From: Chrysomallon squamiferum
Lineage: Eukaryota; Animalia; Mollusca
DNA: 64,000 nt
Reading direction: 5' to 3'
Assembly: GCA_012295275.1 (NCBI GenBank)
Contig: CM022670.1
Location: forward strand, 21,824,001-21,888,000
Every line of letters starts with the position of its first letter. Position 1 is the stretch's first letter. Under the pieces are notes generated by a model, which saw only the letters and a program-made list of their open reading frames with translations, was not told where the DNA came from and searched no databases. Both the position numbers and the translations under genes were made by a program. Positions 1-12,900 of the stretch are shown here, piece by piece.

Positions 1-1103
1 CTTGTGTATGTCTATACTTGTACCTATGTCTTGTGTTTATGTATGTATGTATATAAGTAATGTAAGTCTTTTGTCTATATGTACATTTGTTTGTGTGTTT
101 GTAAGCTTGTGTTAGTACGCGGCGCATTTGTGCTTAAAGGAAGTTTAATCTCTCACTTACCTAATTCAGTATATGTGAATAGAAAACACAGGAAAATAAC
201 ACAAAACGAGCAATAAAAATTAAAATTAAAAATAACAATTACAGTTTCAATTTGATCAATTTGATCATAAATAGAAAATCGCGTTCAAACCGGTCCGTGA
301 TCGTGAACAAGACAATAGCTGATTTTACAAAGCGAATAGAGTATTGTTAACTTATGTGGCTCGCTTTTCCTTTTAATGGCTCGAGAACGTATCCCTGTTT
401 AAACAAATGTAATATGTATTTATCAGAAGCTTAAATGTCAGGCATGATTTGCTGAAGGCAGGACAAATATTTTGGCTAATGCACAATAAGACCTATTCAA
501 AGACTCAAGATTATTTTTTTCTCTCACGTAATATCATGTTTATGATATGTTTGTCGCTCGCCTCTATTTGTACGTATTAATGTTTCCAAAGGTTAACATG
601 ACCTGTGTTTGTGTCATTTTATTTTAATTTTCATACACAGAAGAAACACAAAATATATAAATAAGGAATATTCACGTTAAATCAGTTTTGTTGTTTTCTA
701 CGTTTATATTTTTCCACATTTTTATTTTTTTATTTATTTATTTTTATTTTTATTTATCTGTTTATTTATTTCATTTTATTATTTATGTTTTTTTTTCACA
801 GCAAATGTCACAGTTGTGTGGATTTTTAATATTTAAAAATAAATAACAATAACAATGCAAAGTATGTCAACATGTGTATAGTTCTGTATCAAAATCCATC
901 TGAATGTCTCACGACGACTCTGGCTAGTGAAAACAGTGACGGACAGGATCAACTCCTATCTCAAGTTGCCGACTTCACGACAAAAATGTAAATAAATAAA
1001 TATAGCTCTGTATCAATCAGTATACGATCCTCTCATTATTTGAATAGGAAAGTACAACTGTTTATTTGTTTGTTTGTGTGTTGTTTTTTTATTCCTTGGT
1101 TTT

Positions 1104-1143
<40 letters not shown>

Positions 1144-1723
1144 GAACGTTAAAAAATAGCAAATGTTCATTAAAAGTTTTCAAATTTTTGTCTTCTTAGC
1201 ATACAGAAATACATAGAAACATAAACATCCACGATTCAGTGACAACCACACACAGAAACATACATACACACTTGTATGTGTGTGTTTGTGTCGTGTGCGT
1301 ATATATATACTGTGACTCTGGTGACACAAGTTATTAGAAGGATGCATTTATAATCTTATTAGGTATATAAACACATTCAAACAAAAAGTAAAACAAGCAT
1401 TTTATTTGAATAAAACCAGTAGAAGCTATTACATGTAGCTGTCAAGGTCATATTTACACAGAGTTAGTCTGAAAGAATTAAAACAAGTGATATAAAATAA
1501 GTGCGAGTAACGAAGTAGTATATGTACAAAAGAGAGGCAAATGTTTTATCTAAAAAGACCTCGATAGATATCATACACAAAAAATATTTCTCTTTTTATC
1601 TAACTCGTTTTAGTAAAAAAGGAAAGTATTATAACGAAGGAATTTGTTATCATGGTATAGATTATTCTTTGTAGAAAACATATCCGAAAAATACTTTAAA
1701 TGATGACTGTTACTTTCTTTTAA

Positions 1724-2008
1724 TTATGTCATGTTTATTTTGTCGTATGGAGATCCTTGATCAACACTTTCAACTTGCAAAGCATCGTAATCATTAGTGT
1801 GTTGTTGGTTACCTTGTGTTGCGTGTGTTCTGTAGATCTTCTGTTACGTTCGATAGGTCCTTGAGGTGAAGAAGAACCAGAACCATTTGCATCATCAACA
1901 ACAGCTTCGTACAGAGGATGAGCCATGGTAGTTGCTGTAGTTTGGTTTTCTCTATTTTTCTCAAAGGTTACAGACGGCTCCGTCGGTTTGGGTCTTCTCC
2001 GACAAAAA
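1724..2008 (-). pseudogene. Orphan cytoplasmic-tail exon of the F-lectin/EGF receptor family, frameshifted
   Basis: Near-identical to exon 37224-37515 (RRRPKPTEPSVTFEKNRENQTTATTMAHPLYEAVVDDANGS...), with an AG acceptor at 2009-2010. A 7-nt deletion near 1815-1820 shifts the frame before NDYDAL...PYDKI. The 3' flank (1060-1720) matches 36540-37220. Confidence 0.85.
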
Positions 2009-2049
2009 CTGAAAATGATATTTCTCTTTTGACAGAAACATCGGTTGTG

Positions 2050-4895
2050 ACTAAATAGATTTGATTAGTGAGAAAGAAAACAGAGAATACTGACTGACTA
2101 AAGAATAAATAAATAAATAAAACCATATCCGAAATAGATTCACTGATATATTTAGAATCGCCTCCCTTATGCGAGAAGTGTTCACTTCTATATTTAGAGT
2201 TACTTTCCTTATGTGAGATGTGTTCACTGGTATTTAGAGTCGCCTCCCCTATGTGAGATGTGTTCACTGGTATATTTAGAGTCGCCTCCCTTATGTGAGA
2301 TGTGGTCACTGGTATTTAGAGTCCCCTCCCCTATGTGAGATGTGTTCACTGGGATATTTAGAGTCGCCTCCCTTATGTGAGAGGTGTTCACTGGTATATT
2401 TAGAGTCGCCTTCCCTATGTGAAATGTGTTCACTGGTAATTTGAGTCGCCTCCCTTATGTGAGATGTGTTCACTGGTATTAAGAAAATAAGATAGAAAAT
2501 ACGAATACAAAAGCTCAACTAAATAATCAGTGAGAGCTGAGTGTTTAAACTGATTAAAGTATTTCATAAATAAATAATAATGAAATGGTAACACATAGAA
2601 AAAAGAAGGAAGGATGCAATCAAATATAGGAAATAAAAGATGGAAAAGAGAGAAAGAAAAGAAAGAAAGAAAATATTGAAACACTTTAAAGAATGAACAC
2701 AAATGAATAAGAAAAGGAAAGAAAAATCTAAGGAAACAGAACAAAGAGTGGTACTATTTAAACGCAGCATTCTTTTCAGATTTTATACATCATAAAATAT
2801 AAAATGGTATGTGGACTGCATTGATTATCAGGATAAGAATTTACATACTAAATTCATTTGATTACTGAGAAAGAAAACAGAGAATACTGACTGAATGAAG
2901 AAAAAATAAATAAATAAAAGCTTATCCGAAATATGTTCACTGATATATTTAGAATCGCCTCCCTTATGCGAGAAGTGTTCACTGCTATATTTAGAGTTAC
3001 TTTCCCTATGTGAGATGTGTTCACTGGTATTTAGAGTCGCCTCCCCTATGTGAGATGTGTTCACTGGTATATTTAGAGTCGCCTCCCTTATGTGAGATGT
3101 GTTCACTGGTATTTAGAGTCACCTCCCCTATGTGAGATGTGTTCACTGGTATATTTAGAGTGGCCTCCCTTATCTGAGAGGTGTTCACTGGTATATTTAG
3201 AGTCGCCTTCCTTATGTGAAATGTGTTCACTGGTATTTTGAGTCGCCTCCCTTATGTGAGATGTGTTCACTGGTATTAAGAAAATAAGATAGAAAACTCG
3301 AATACAAAAGCTCGACTAAATAATCAGTGAGAGCAGAGTGTTTAAACTGATTAAAGTATTTCATAAATAAATAATAAAGAAATGGTAACACGTAGAAAAA
3401 AGAAGGAAGGATGGAATGAAAGATAGGAAATAAAAGATGGAAAAGAGAAAAACAAAAGAAAGAAAGAAAACATTGAAACAGCTTAAAGAATGAACAAAAA
3501 TGATAAAATGAATAAAAAAAGAAAAATCTAATGAAACAGATCGAAACTATTTAAACGGAACATTCTTTTCAGACTTTATTCATAATAAAATATAAAATCG
3601 TAAGTGGACTGCATTGATTATCAGGATAAGAATTTCCATACTGAATTCATTTGATTACTGAGAAAGAAAACAGAGAATACTGACTTACTGAAGAAAAAAT
3701 AAATAAATAAAAGCTAATCCGAAATATGTTCACTGATATATTTAGAATCGCCTGCCTTATACGAGAAGTGTTCACTTCTATATTTATTTAGAGATGTGTT
3801 CACTGGTATTGTGAGATGTGAGATGTTCACTGGTATATTCAGAGTCGCATCCCTTATGTGAGAAATGTTCACTGGTATTAAGAAAATAAGATAGAAAACT
3901 CGATATTTATAGTCGACTCCAAAGATGTGTTCAAATAAATAATCATGTGAGAGGTGCAGAGTGTTTACGTTGTGTAATAAACTGATTAAAGATATTTCTT
4001 AAATAAAATAAAAAAGAAAATGGTAAAAGGTCAAGAAAAAGAAGACCAGAAGGATTTAAAATGAAAGATAGGAAATAAAAAAGTTGGAAAAGATAGAAAG
4101 AAAAAGAAAGAAAGAAAGAGAAAAAAAAGAAAAGAAAGAAAAAGAAAGAAAGGAAAAGAAAGAAAAAAAAGAAAGAAGGAAGGAAAGAAAGAAAGAAAAT
4201 ATTGAAAAAACAGCTTAAAGAATGTACAAAAATGAAAAAAAAGAAAAAAAAAGAAAAATCTAAGGAAACAGAACGAAGCGTGGTACTATTTAAACGCAGC
4301 ATTCTTTTCAGATTTTATTCATAATAAAATATAAAATCGTATATGGACTGCATTGATTATCAGGATAAGAATTTCCATACTTAATTCATTTGATTACTGA
4401 GAAAGAAAACAGAGAATACTGACTGACTGAAGAAAAAATAAATAAATAAAAGCTTATCCGAAATATGTTCACTGATATATTTAGAATCCCCTCCCTTATG
4501 CGAGAAGTGTTCACTTCTATATTTAGAGTTACTTTCCCTATGTGAGATGTGTTCACAGGTATTTAGAGTCGCATTCTGTATGTGAGATGTGTTCACTGTT
4601 ATTTAGAGTCGCCTCCCCTATGTGAGATGTGTTCACTTGTATATTTAGAGTCGCCTCCCCTATGTGAAATGTGTTCACTGGTATTTTGAGTCCCCTCCCT
4701 TATGTGAGATGTGTTCACTTGTATATTTAGAGTGGCCTCCCTTATGTTAGATGTTTTCACTGGTATTAAGAAAATAAGATAGAAAACTCGAATACAAAAG
4801 CTTAACTAAATAATCAGTGAGAGCAGTGTGTTTAAAGTGATTAAAGTATTTCACAAATAAATAATAAAGAAATGGTAGCACGTAGAAAATAGAAG
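2050..4895. repeat. Composite satellite: 40/42-bp monomers (GTATTTAGAGTCGCCTCCCTTATGTGAGATGTGTTCACTG) alternating with a ~450-bp A/G-rich spacer
   Basis: Direct tandem monomers are visible. The spacer marker GGACTGCATTGATTATCAGGATAAGAATTT recurs at ~2813, 3607 and 4345. Confidence 0.95.
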
Positions 4896-5521
4896 TGCCC
4901 TAGTCCCCCACACACCGACTGTATGCCCTGCATATGGATGGAGCTACTGATAAACTGTAGTTTGTACAAGCACTTGGGCCTTTTAAGATTAAACTGGTAA
5001 TTAAATATTTAAAAAAAAAGTAATATTGTTTTTGTTTACTGACTGAAAATATAGAAATTTATTTAGTGATCATATGGTTGCAATTACTGATGGTGATTTT
5101 AGGATCTATCTGATCTATCGCATGCACTTACACACTGTCTGATAGAGGTAAGCTTCTGAAAATCGACTGAATATTGACGAGTATAAATAAAATATATATG
5201 AATCCATGATGTGTGTTTACATTGGTGCACACATTTGCATATAAAAATACACATACACACACAAACACATAAATTAAGCTATGCATTTCTTTTTTTATTT
5301 ATTTCTTTTTTATTTGTTTTTCATCCATTTTCCAATCCAGTGCCTCCTTCAAGCATTATTAGAGATTTTAAAAATGAATTTTGTAATATGATTTTAAATA
5401 ATTACATATATTTATCTTGTCAATCAATTTATATTTGTTAAACAGTTTACTCAAATACTTTGAGGTGTAAATAATTTGTATCAATATTCTGCCTTATAAC
5501 ATGATTAGTATAACATGAATT

Positions 5522-6423
5522 CAGTGATTCTCGACCAGTGTGCCACGAGATCTTCCTAAGAGTGCCGCAAACTTTTGAACGGCACACTAAGAAAATGGCA
5601 AAAACCTCGTGATCCCAAAATAAAACAAATAGTAGGTAAAAACGAAAATATTCTCACTTCAGCAGACAAGTTAGTTGGCGTCAAAGAGAAAATAGTGATT
5701 TGGGAAAAAAAAGAGCAATCACTGTCAATCTTTATATGTTCCCTTTATTGCGTTCTACCTGCATTAGAGAAGTGATCCCAATTGTGTTTACTCATCTGAC
5801 AGCCCTGGACGAAAGAATCAACAATTACTTTCTGTCATTAAAGACAGAAAAGTATGATTGGATTAGAGATCCTTTCATAAATTATTCTTCCAACAATGAA
5901 CTTGAATTACAGGAAGAAGCAGAATTGGCCGCCCTTTCTAATGACCTTAAAATTAAAACATTCGACTCTGCCCATTGATTCATTTTGGATTTCAATTCAA
6001 GAGGTGTATCCCATATTATGTAAAAGAGTTTTAGCAATTTTATTATAATTTTCAACTCCTTATATATGTGAATTAGGCAACATCAAAAATATGAAGCACG
6101 AGAGATTAATACAACGAAAGCAGAAATGAGGGTGTGTCTGTCTCAGATTCGACCAAACATTGAGGAAATTATGAATAGAAGCCAGGCACAAATTTCTCAT
6201 CAAAGAAACCAGCTATTTGACTGATAACATTCGAAACACTGCAATAAAGTATAGCTGTGTTTTTCTTTATTTAGTTTGAGTCATTCTATGTGTCTATGAC
6301 TAGTCTGTGTCTACGGTTGTATGCCGTCTATGACTTGCCATGTTTTTATTTTTCAAAATTCAAATATTTTTCATATATATTTAGCCAGGTGTGCCGTTGG
6401 CAAAAAATGATTGGGAACCACTG
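5522..6423 (+). mobile_element. Internally deleted hAT (Charlie/Buster-type) DNA transposon
   Basis: TIRs CAGTGATTCTCGACC / CAGTGGTTCCCAATC; 8-bp TSD CATGAATT/CATTAATT. Broken transposase C-terminus: MFPLL...HLTALDERINNYF...DWIRDPF...FWISIQEVYPIL...FSTPYICELG...MRVCLSQIRPNIEEIMNRSQAQISH. Confidence 0.9.
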
Positions 6424-6611
6424 CATTAATTCATAGATAATTTTGCATATCTGATCAATAATCTGTCTTAAAGATATTTAAGAATATTTAATATTCAAGT
6501 GCAATTAAAGAATATTTAATTCTCATTTTTAATATATTTATTTCTATATTAATTTATTTATTCTTTAATTTCACGCTTATAGTTCATGGTGCCTGGTCTG
6601 CATGGACACTT

Positions 6612-8280
6612 CAGTAGTAATATCAGTACTATCGTTGAAGTAACAGTCATACATTAATAGTAATAGCTGTAGTATCGCAGAGGTAACAGTGACAGATCAG
6701 TAGTAATATCAGTAGTATTGCAGAAGTAACGGTGGAAGATTAATAGTAATATCAGTAGTATGGTTGAAATAACAGTGACAGGTTAGTAGTAATATCAGTA
6801 GAATGGCTGAAATATTAGTAATATCAGTGACAGATTAGTAGTAATAGCAGTAGTATGGTTGAAGTAACAGTAATAGATTAATACTAATAGCTGTAGTATC
6901 GCAGAAGTAACAGAGGCAGATTAGTAATGATACTAGTAGTATTTCTGAAATAACAGTGACAGACTAGTAGTAATATCAGTAGTATACCTGAAATAACAGT
7001 GACAGATTAGTAGTAATATCAGTAGTATGGCTGAAATAACAGTGACAGATTAGTAGTAATATCAGTAGTATGGCTGAAATAACAGTGACAGATTAGTAGT
7101 AATATCAGTAGTATGGCTGAAATAACAGTGACAGATTAGTAGTAATATCAGTAGTATGGCTGAAATATTAGTAATATTAATGACAGATTAGTAGTAATAG
7201 CAGTAGTATGGCTGAAATAACAGTAACAGATAAGTATTAACATCGTTGAAGTAACAGTAATAGATTAATACTAATAGCTGTAGTGTCGCAGAAGTAACAG
7301 AGGCAGATTAGTAATGATTCCAGTAGTATTGCTGAAGTAACAGTGATAGATTCGTTGTAATATCAGTAGTATTTCTGAAATAACAGTCATATATTAGTAG
7401 TAATATCAGTAGTATGGCTGAAATATTAGTAATATTAATGACAGATTAGTAGTAATAGCAGTAGTATGGCTGAAATAACAGTGACAGATTAGTAGTAATA
7501 GCTGTAGTATGGTTGAAATAACAGTGACAGATTAGTAGTAATATCAGTAATATCTCTGAAGTAGCAGTCACAGATTAGTGGTAATATTAGTAGTATGGCT
7601 GATGTAACAGTGACAGATTAGTAATACTAGCGTAGTATTGCTGAAGTAACTGATAGATTAGTAATAATCACAGTGGTATTGCTGAAGTAAAAGTGATTAG
7701 TAGTAATATCAGTAGTATCGCTGAATAACAATGGTAGATTAGTAACAATAGCAGTAGTATTGCTGAAGTAACAGTGATCGATTACTAGAAATACAGTAGT
7801 ATCGCTGAAGTAACAGTGATAGATTAGTAGTAATAGCAGTAATATTGCTGAAGTAACAGTGGCAGATTAGCAGTAATATCGATAGTATCACTGAAGTAAC
7901 AGTGACATCATATCAGTAGTATCACTAAAGTAAGTGGTAGATTAGTAGTGAGCAGTAGTATCGCTGAAGTAACATTTGTAGATTAGAAGTAATATCAGTA
8001 GTATCACTGATGTAACACAGGCAGATTAGTAGTAATAACAATAGTATTCACGCAGTAATAGTGACAGATTAGTAGTAATATCAAAAGTATCGATAAAGTA
8101 GCTGACAGATTAATAGTAATAGAAGTAGTATTGCTGAAGTAACAGTGACACATTAGCAGTACCAGAAGTAGTACTGCTGAAGTAACAGTGAGAGATTAGT
8201 AGTAATGGTGATAGTATCGATAAAGAAACAGCAGCAGATCAGTAGAAATAGCAGTAGATTGGTGGTAATATCAGTAATAA
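6612..8280. repeat. ~43-bp AGT-rich minisatellite (AGTAGTATGGCTGAAATAACAGTGACAGATTAGTAGTAATATC)
   Basis: Perfect units at 7021-7150, degenerating toward the ends. Confidence 0.9.
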
Positions 8281-9788
8281 TAATAGTAATTTCAATACTG
8301 GATATGCACTGTAAGAAAGTAAGAATCGTAAAATGCAAAAAAGAATAATAAACACCAAGCTGTGAAAAATAACACAGGTACGACAGCAGCGTCTCCAACA
8401 TTAACACTAATAATAAAGATGTATTAATAACATATTTTAACACAGGATGCGCAAAAATAAGAAATAAGAATAATAGGTGATAAAAAACAAAGAAGAATAA
8501 TGAGAAGCACTCTAATAACTACGTTAGGAACTAATCCGGTACGACGGCAACGACGGCGACATTAATAGAAATTACAATAATACAATTTAACAGCTCAGAA
8601 AGTAATGACTAATAAAAAGCGCTAAACAATAATGACAGTTTATTAATCTTGAACTCGGTAGTTTCAGAAAATCAGTGCTGTGTTGGTTAAACAATTGCAC
8701 ACTTCAGCATCAAACCTATCTCTGAAAATATATCCCTTTTCATAGAACATGATTATTGTAAACACTCGAGTGAAAACAACTGTGATTTTATCAAGTGAGG
8801 ATAATGTAAATTCTCTTAGCCCACTTGATCGCTGACAGTAAATCATAAAACAAAAGACCTGAATTGATATAAGGAACATGTATTTATTAGTTTGCATACA
8901 TTTCAATACATTTATTGAGTCCTTTTACACATTCGCAGTTTTCAAAAGGCACTTTACTTACACATTCATATTCACAAAATAAATTTAAATAAGATACATT
9001 TACCTTTTTATACAGACAGATAGATATGGACACACAAACACGCACACACGCAGATAATCACTTGCAGAAAATAATGAAACATATTTCATGTTCCGAAGAG
9101 TTTACAAAATAGAAGTGTTAATTAGAAGATAAGTACGTGGCTACATAGTAGCAAATAAAACGTTTACGACAAATATATTCAAATATAATTAAATATATTT
9201 TGAAACAATTAAGTATATTTTGATATGATTAAGTATATTTTGATATGATTAAATATAAAAATGTCCATATAAATCAAATAACATCTTTGAAATACCCAAC
9301 TATTTATTTTGGGACATTTTCCTCCCATGTGATATTGTGTTTTATGATCGCTGTAACATGACATTCCGCGACACACGTTACATCTCTCTCTCTAGATGAA
9401 ATTACATAATTAATCTAAAATTCAGCTAGTATTTATCAAATTATATAATTAAGAATATATCATTAATTTTTCTTAAACACATCTAAAAGTAAGTTAATAA
9501 TCGAGAATGAGATTCCATATTTATTCAATAATATAACCGATAATCTCTAATTAATATAATGTTAAAATGCCATATAAATAATACAGACATGATAAAACAA
9601 GGGTCTTATTTTGGGGTAATATTATCAGTGCAAATAGCGATATTCTTTAGTTAACTGTGGTTTTGATAAAAGTTCACGATTTCTCATGTAATTACATTAT
9701 AAATAAATCATTATTATCATTATTATATACTTTTTTAAAAAGAAGCATTTAGTTTTATCATGACAGCAACAATACACTAATAATAAAT

Positions 9789-9988
9789 NNNNNNNNNNNN
9801 NNNNNNNNNNNNNNNNNNNNNNNNNNNNNNNNNNNNNNNNNNNNNNNNNNNNNNNNNNNNNNNNNNNNNNNNNNNNNNNNNNNNNNNNNNNNNNNNNNNN
9901 NNNNNNNNNNNNNNNNNNNNNNNNNNNNNNNNNNNNNNNNNNNNNNNNNNNNNNNNNNNNNNNNNNNNNNNNNNNNNNNNNNNNNNNN
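9789..9988. other. Assembly gap (200 N)
   Basis: Run of N. Confidence 1.
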
Positions 9989-12900
9989 AGATGTGTTCCC
10001 GTTGGTATATTTGAGTGGCCTCTTCCTTATGTGAGATGTGTTCACTGGTATTAAGAAAACAAGATAAAAAACTCGAATACAAAAGCTCAACTAAATAATC
10101 AGTGAGAGCAGTGCGTTTAAACTGATTAAAGTATTTCATAAATAAATAATAAAAAAGAAATGGTAGCACGTAGAAAAAAGAAGGAAGGATGGAATGAAAG
10201 ATAGGAAATAAAAGATGGAAATGAGAGAAAGAGAAGAAACAAAGAAATATAGAAAAGAAAGAAAGAAAGAAAGAAAATATTAAAACAGCTTAAAGAATGA
10301 ACAAAAATGAATAAGAAAAGAAAAGAAAAATCTAAGAAAACACAACAAACAGTGGTACTATTGTAACGCAGCATTCTTTTCAGATTTTATTCATAATTAT
10401 ATATCAAATGGTATGTGGACTGCATTGATTATCAGGATAAGAATTTACATACTAAATTGATTTGATTACTGAGAAAGAAAACATAGAATACTCACTGACT
10501 GAAGAAAAATAAATAAATAAAAGATTATGCGAAATATTTTCACTGATATATTTAGAATCGCCTCCCTTATGCGAGAAGTGTTCACTTCTATATTTAGAGT
10601 TACTTTCCCTATGTGAGATGTGTTCACTGGTATTTAGAGTCGCCTCCCCTATGTGAGATGTGTTCACTGGTATTTAGAGTCACCTCCCTTATGTGAGATG
10701 TGTTCACTGGTATTAAGAAAACAAGATAAAAAACTCGAATACAAAAGCTCAACTAAATAATCAGTGAGAGCAGTGCGTTTAAACTGATTAAAGTATTTCA
10801 TAAATAAATAATAAAGAAATCGTAGCACGTAGAAAAAAGAAGGAAGGATGGAATGAAAGATAGGAAATAAAAGATGGAAAAGAGAAAAAGAGAAGAAACA
10901 AAGAAATATAGAAAAGAAAGAAAGAAAGAAAATATTAAAACAGCTTAAAGAATGAACAAAAATGAATAAGAAAAGAAAAGAAAAATCTATGAAAACACAA
11001 CAAAGAGTGGTACTATTGTAACGCAGCATTCTTTTCAGATTTTATTCATAATAATATATAAAATGGTATGTGGACTGCATTGATTATCAGGATAAAAATT
11101 TACATACTAAATTGATTTGATTACTGAGAAAGAAAACATAGAATACTGACTGACTGAAGAAAAATAAATAAATAAAAGATTATGCGAAATATGTTCACTC
11201 ATATATTTAGAATCGCCTCCCTTATGCGAGAAGTGTTCACTTCTATATTTAGAGTTACTTTCCCTATGTGAGATGTGTTCACTGGTATTTAGAGTCGCCT
11301 CCCCTATGTGAGATGTGTTCACTGGTATATTTAGAGTCGCCTCCCTGATGTGAGATGTGTTCACTGGTATTTAGAGTCACCTCCCCTATGTGATATGTGT
11401 TCACTGGTATATTTGGAGTGGCCTACCTTATGCGAGAAGTGTTCACTTCTATATTTAGAGTTACTTTCCCTATGTGAGATGTGTTCACTGGTATTTAGAG
11501 TCGCCTCCCCTATGTGAGATGTGTTCACTGGTATTTAGAGTCGCCTCCCCTATGTGAGATGTGTTCACTGGTATATTTAGAGTCGCCTCCCCTATGTGAG
11601 ATGTGTTCACTGGTATTTAGATTCACCTCCCCTATGTGATATGTGTTCACTGGTATATTTGGAGTGGCCTCCCTTATGTGACATGTGTTCACTGGTATTT
11701 AGAGTTACTTTCCGTATGTGAAATGTGTTCACTGGTATTTAGAGTCACCTCCCTTATGTGAGATGTGTTCACTGGTATTTTGAGTCGCCTCCCTTATGTG
11801 AGATGTGTTCACTGGTATATTTGGAGTGGCCTCCCTTATGTGAGATGTGTTCACTGGTATTAAGAAAACAAGATAAAAAACTCGAATACAAAAGCTCAAC
11901 TAAATAATCAGTGAGAGCAGTGCGTTTAAACTGATTAAAGTATTTCATAAATAAATAATAAAGAAATGGTAGCACGTAGAAAAAAGAAGGAAGGATGGAA
12001 TGAAAGATAGGAAATAAAAGATGGAAAAGAGAGAAAGAGAAGAAACAAAGAAATATAGAAAAGAAAGAAGGAAAGAAAGAAAGAAAGAAAATATTAAAAC
12101 AGCTTAAAGAATGAACAAAAATGAATAAGAAAAGAAAAGAAAAATCTAAGAAAACACAACAAAGAGTGGTACTATTGTAACGCAGCATTCTTTTCAGATT
12201 TTATTCATAATAATATATAAAATGGTATGTGGACTGCATTGATTATCAGGATAAGAATTTACATACTAAATTGATTTGATTACTGAGAAAGAAAACATAG
12301 AATACTGACTGACTGAAGAAAAATAAATAAATAAAAGATTATGCGAAATATGTTCACTGATATATTTAGAATCGCCTCCCTTATGCGAGAAGTGTTCACT
12401 TCTATATTCAGAGTTACTTTCCCTATGTGAGATGTGTTCACTGGTATTTAGAGTCGCCTCCCCTATGTGAGATGTGTTCACTGGTATTTAGAGTCGCCTC
12501 CCTATGTGAGATGTGTTCACTGGTATATTTAGAGTCGCCTCCCCTATGTGAGATGTGTTCACTGGTATTTAGAGTCACCTCCCCTATGTGATATGTGTTC
12601 ACTGGTATATTTGGAGTGGCCTCCCTTATGTGACATGTGTTCACTGGTATTTAGAGTTACTTTCCGTATGTGAAATGTGTTCACTGGTATTTAGAGTCAC
12701 CTCCCTTATGTGAGATGTGTTCACTGGTATTTTGAGTCGCCTCCCTTATGTGAGATGTGTTCTCTGGTATATTTGGAGTGGCCTCCCTTATGTGAGATGT
12801 GTTCACTGGTATTAAGAAAACAAGATAAAAAACTCGAATACAAAAGCTCAACTAAATAATCAGTGAGAGCAGTGCGTTTAAACTGATTAAAGTATTTCAT

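Larger units (their letters stand above)
4896..9788. repeat. Segmental duplication, copy 1 (matches ~15571-20639)
   Basis: Colinear and near-identical, including the hAT element and the 43-bp minisatellite. Copy 1 ends exactly at the N gap. Confidence 0.95.

Noticed and set aside
161-270. Possible leader exon of a next paralogue (..CSFCVIFLCFLFTYTEL followed by GTAAGT)
   Set aside because: The position and donor fit, but there is no in-frame ATG and similarity is too weak to call.
8664-8906. ORF ending LTNTAL, resembling lectin YTNTAV (duplicate at 19387-19698)
   Set aside because: No other lectin motifs or splice sites, and the match is not kept in the duplicate.
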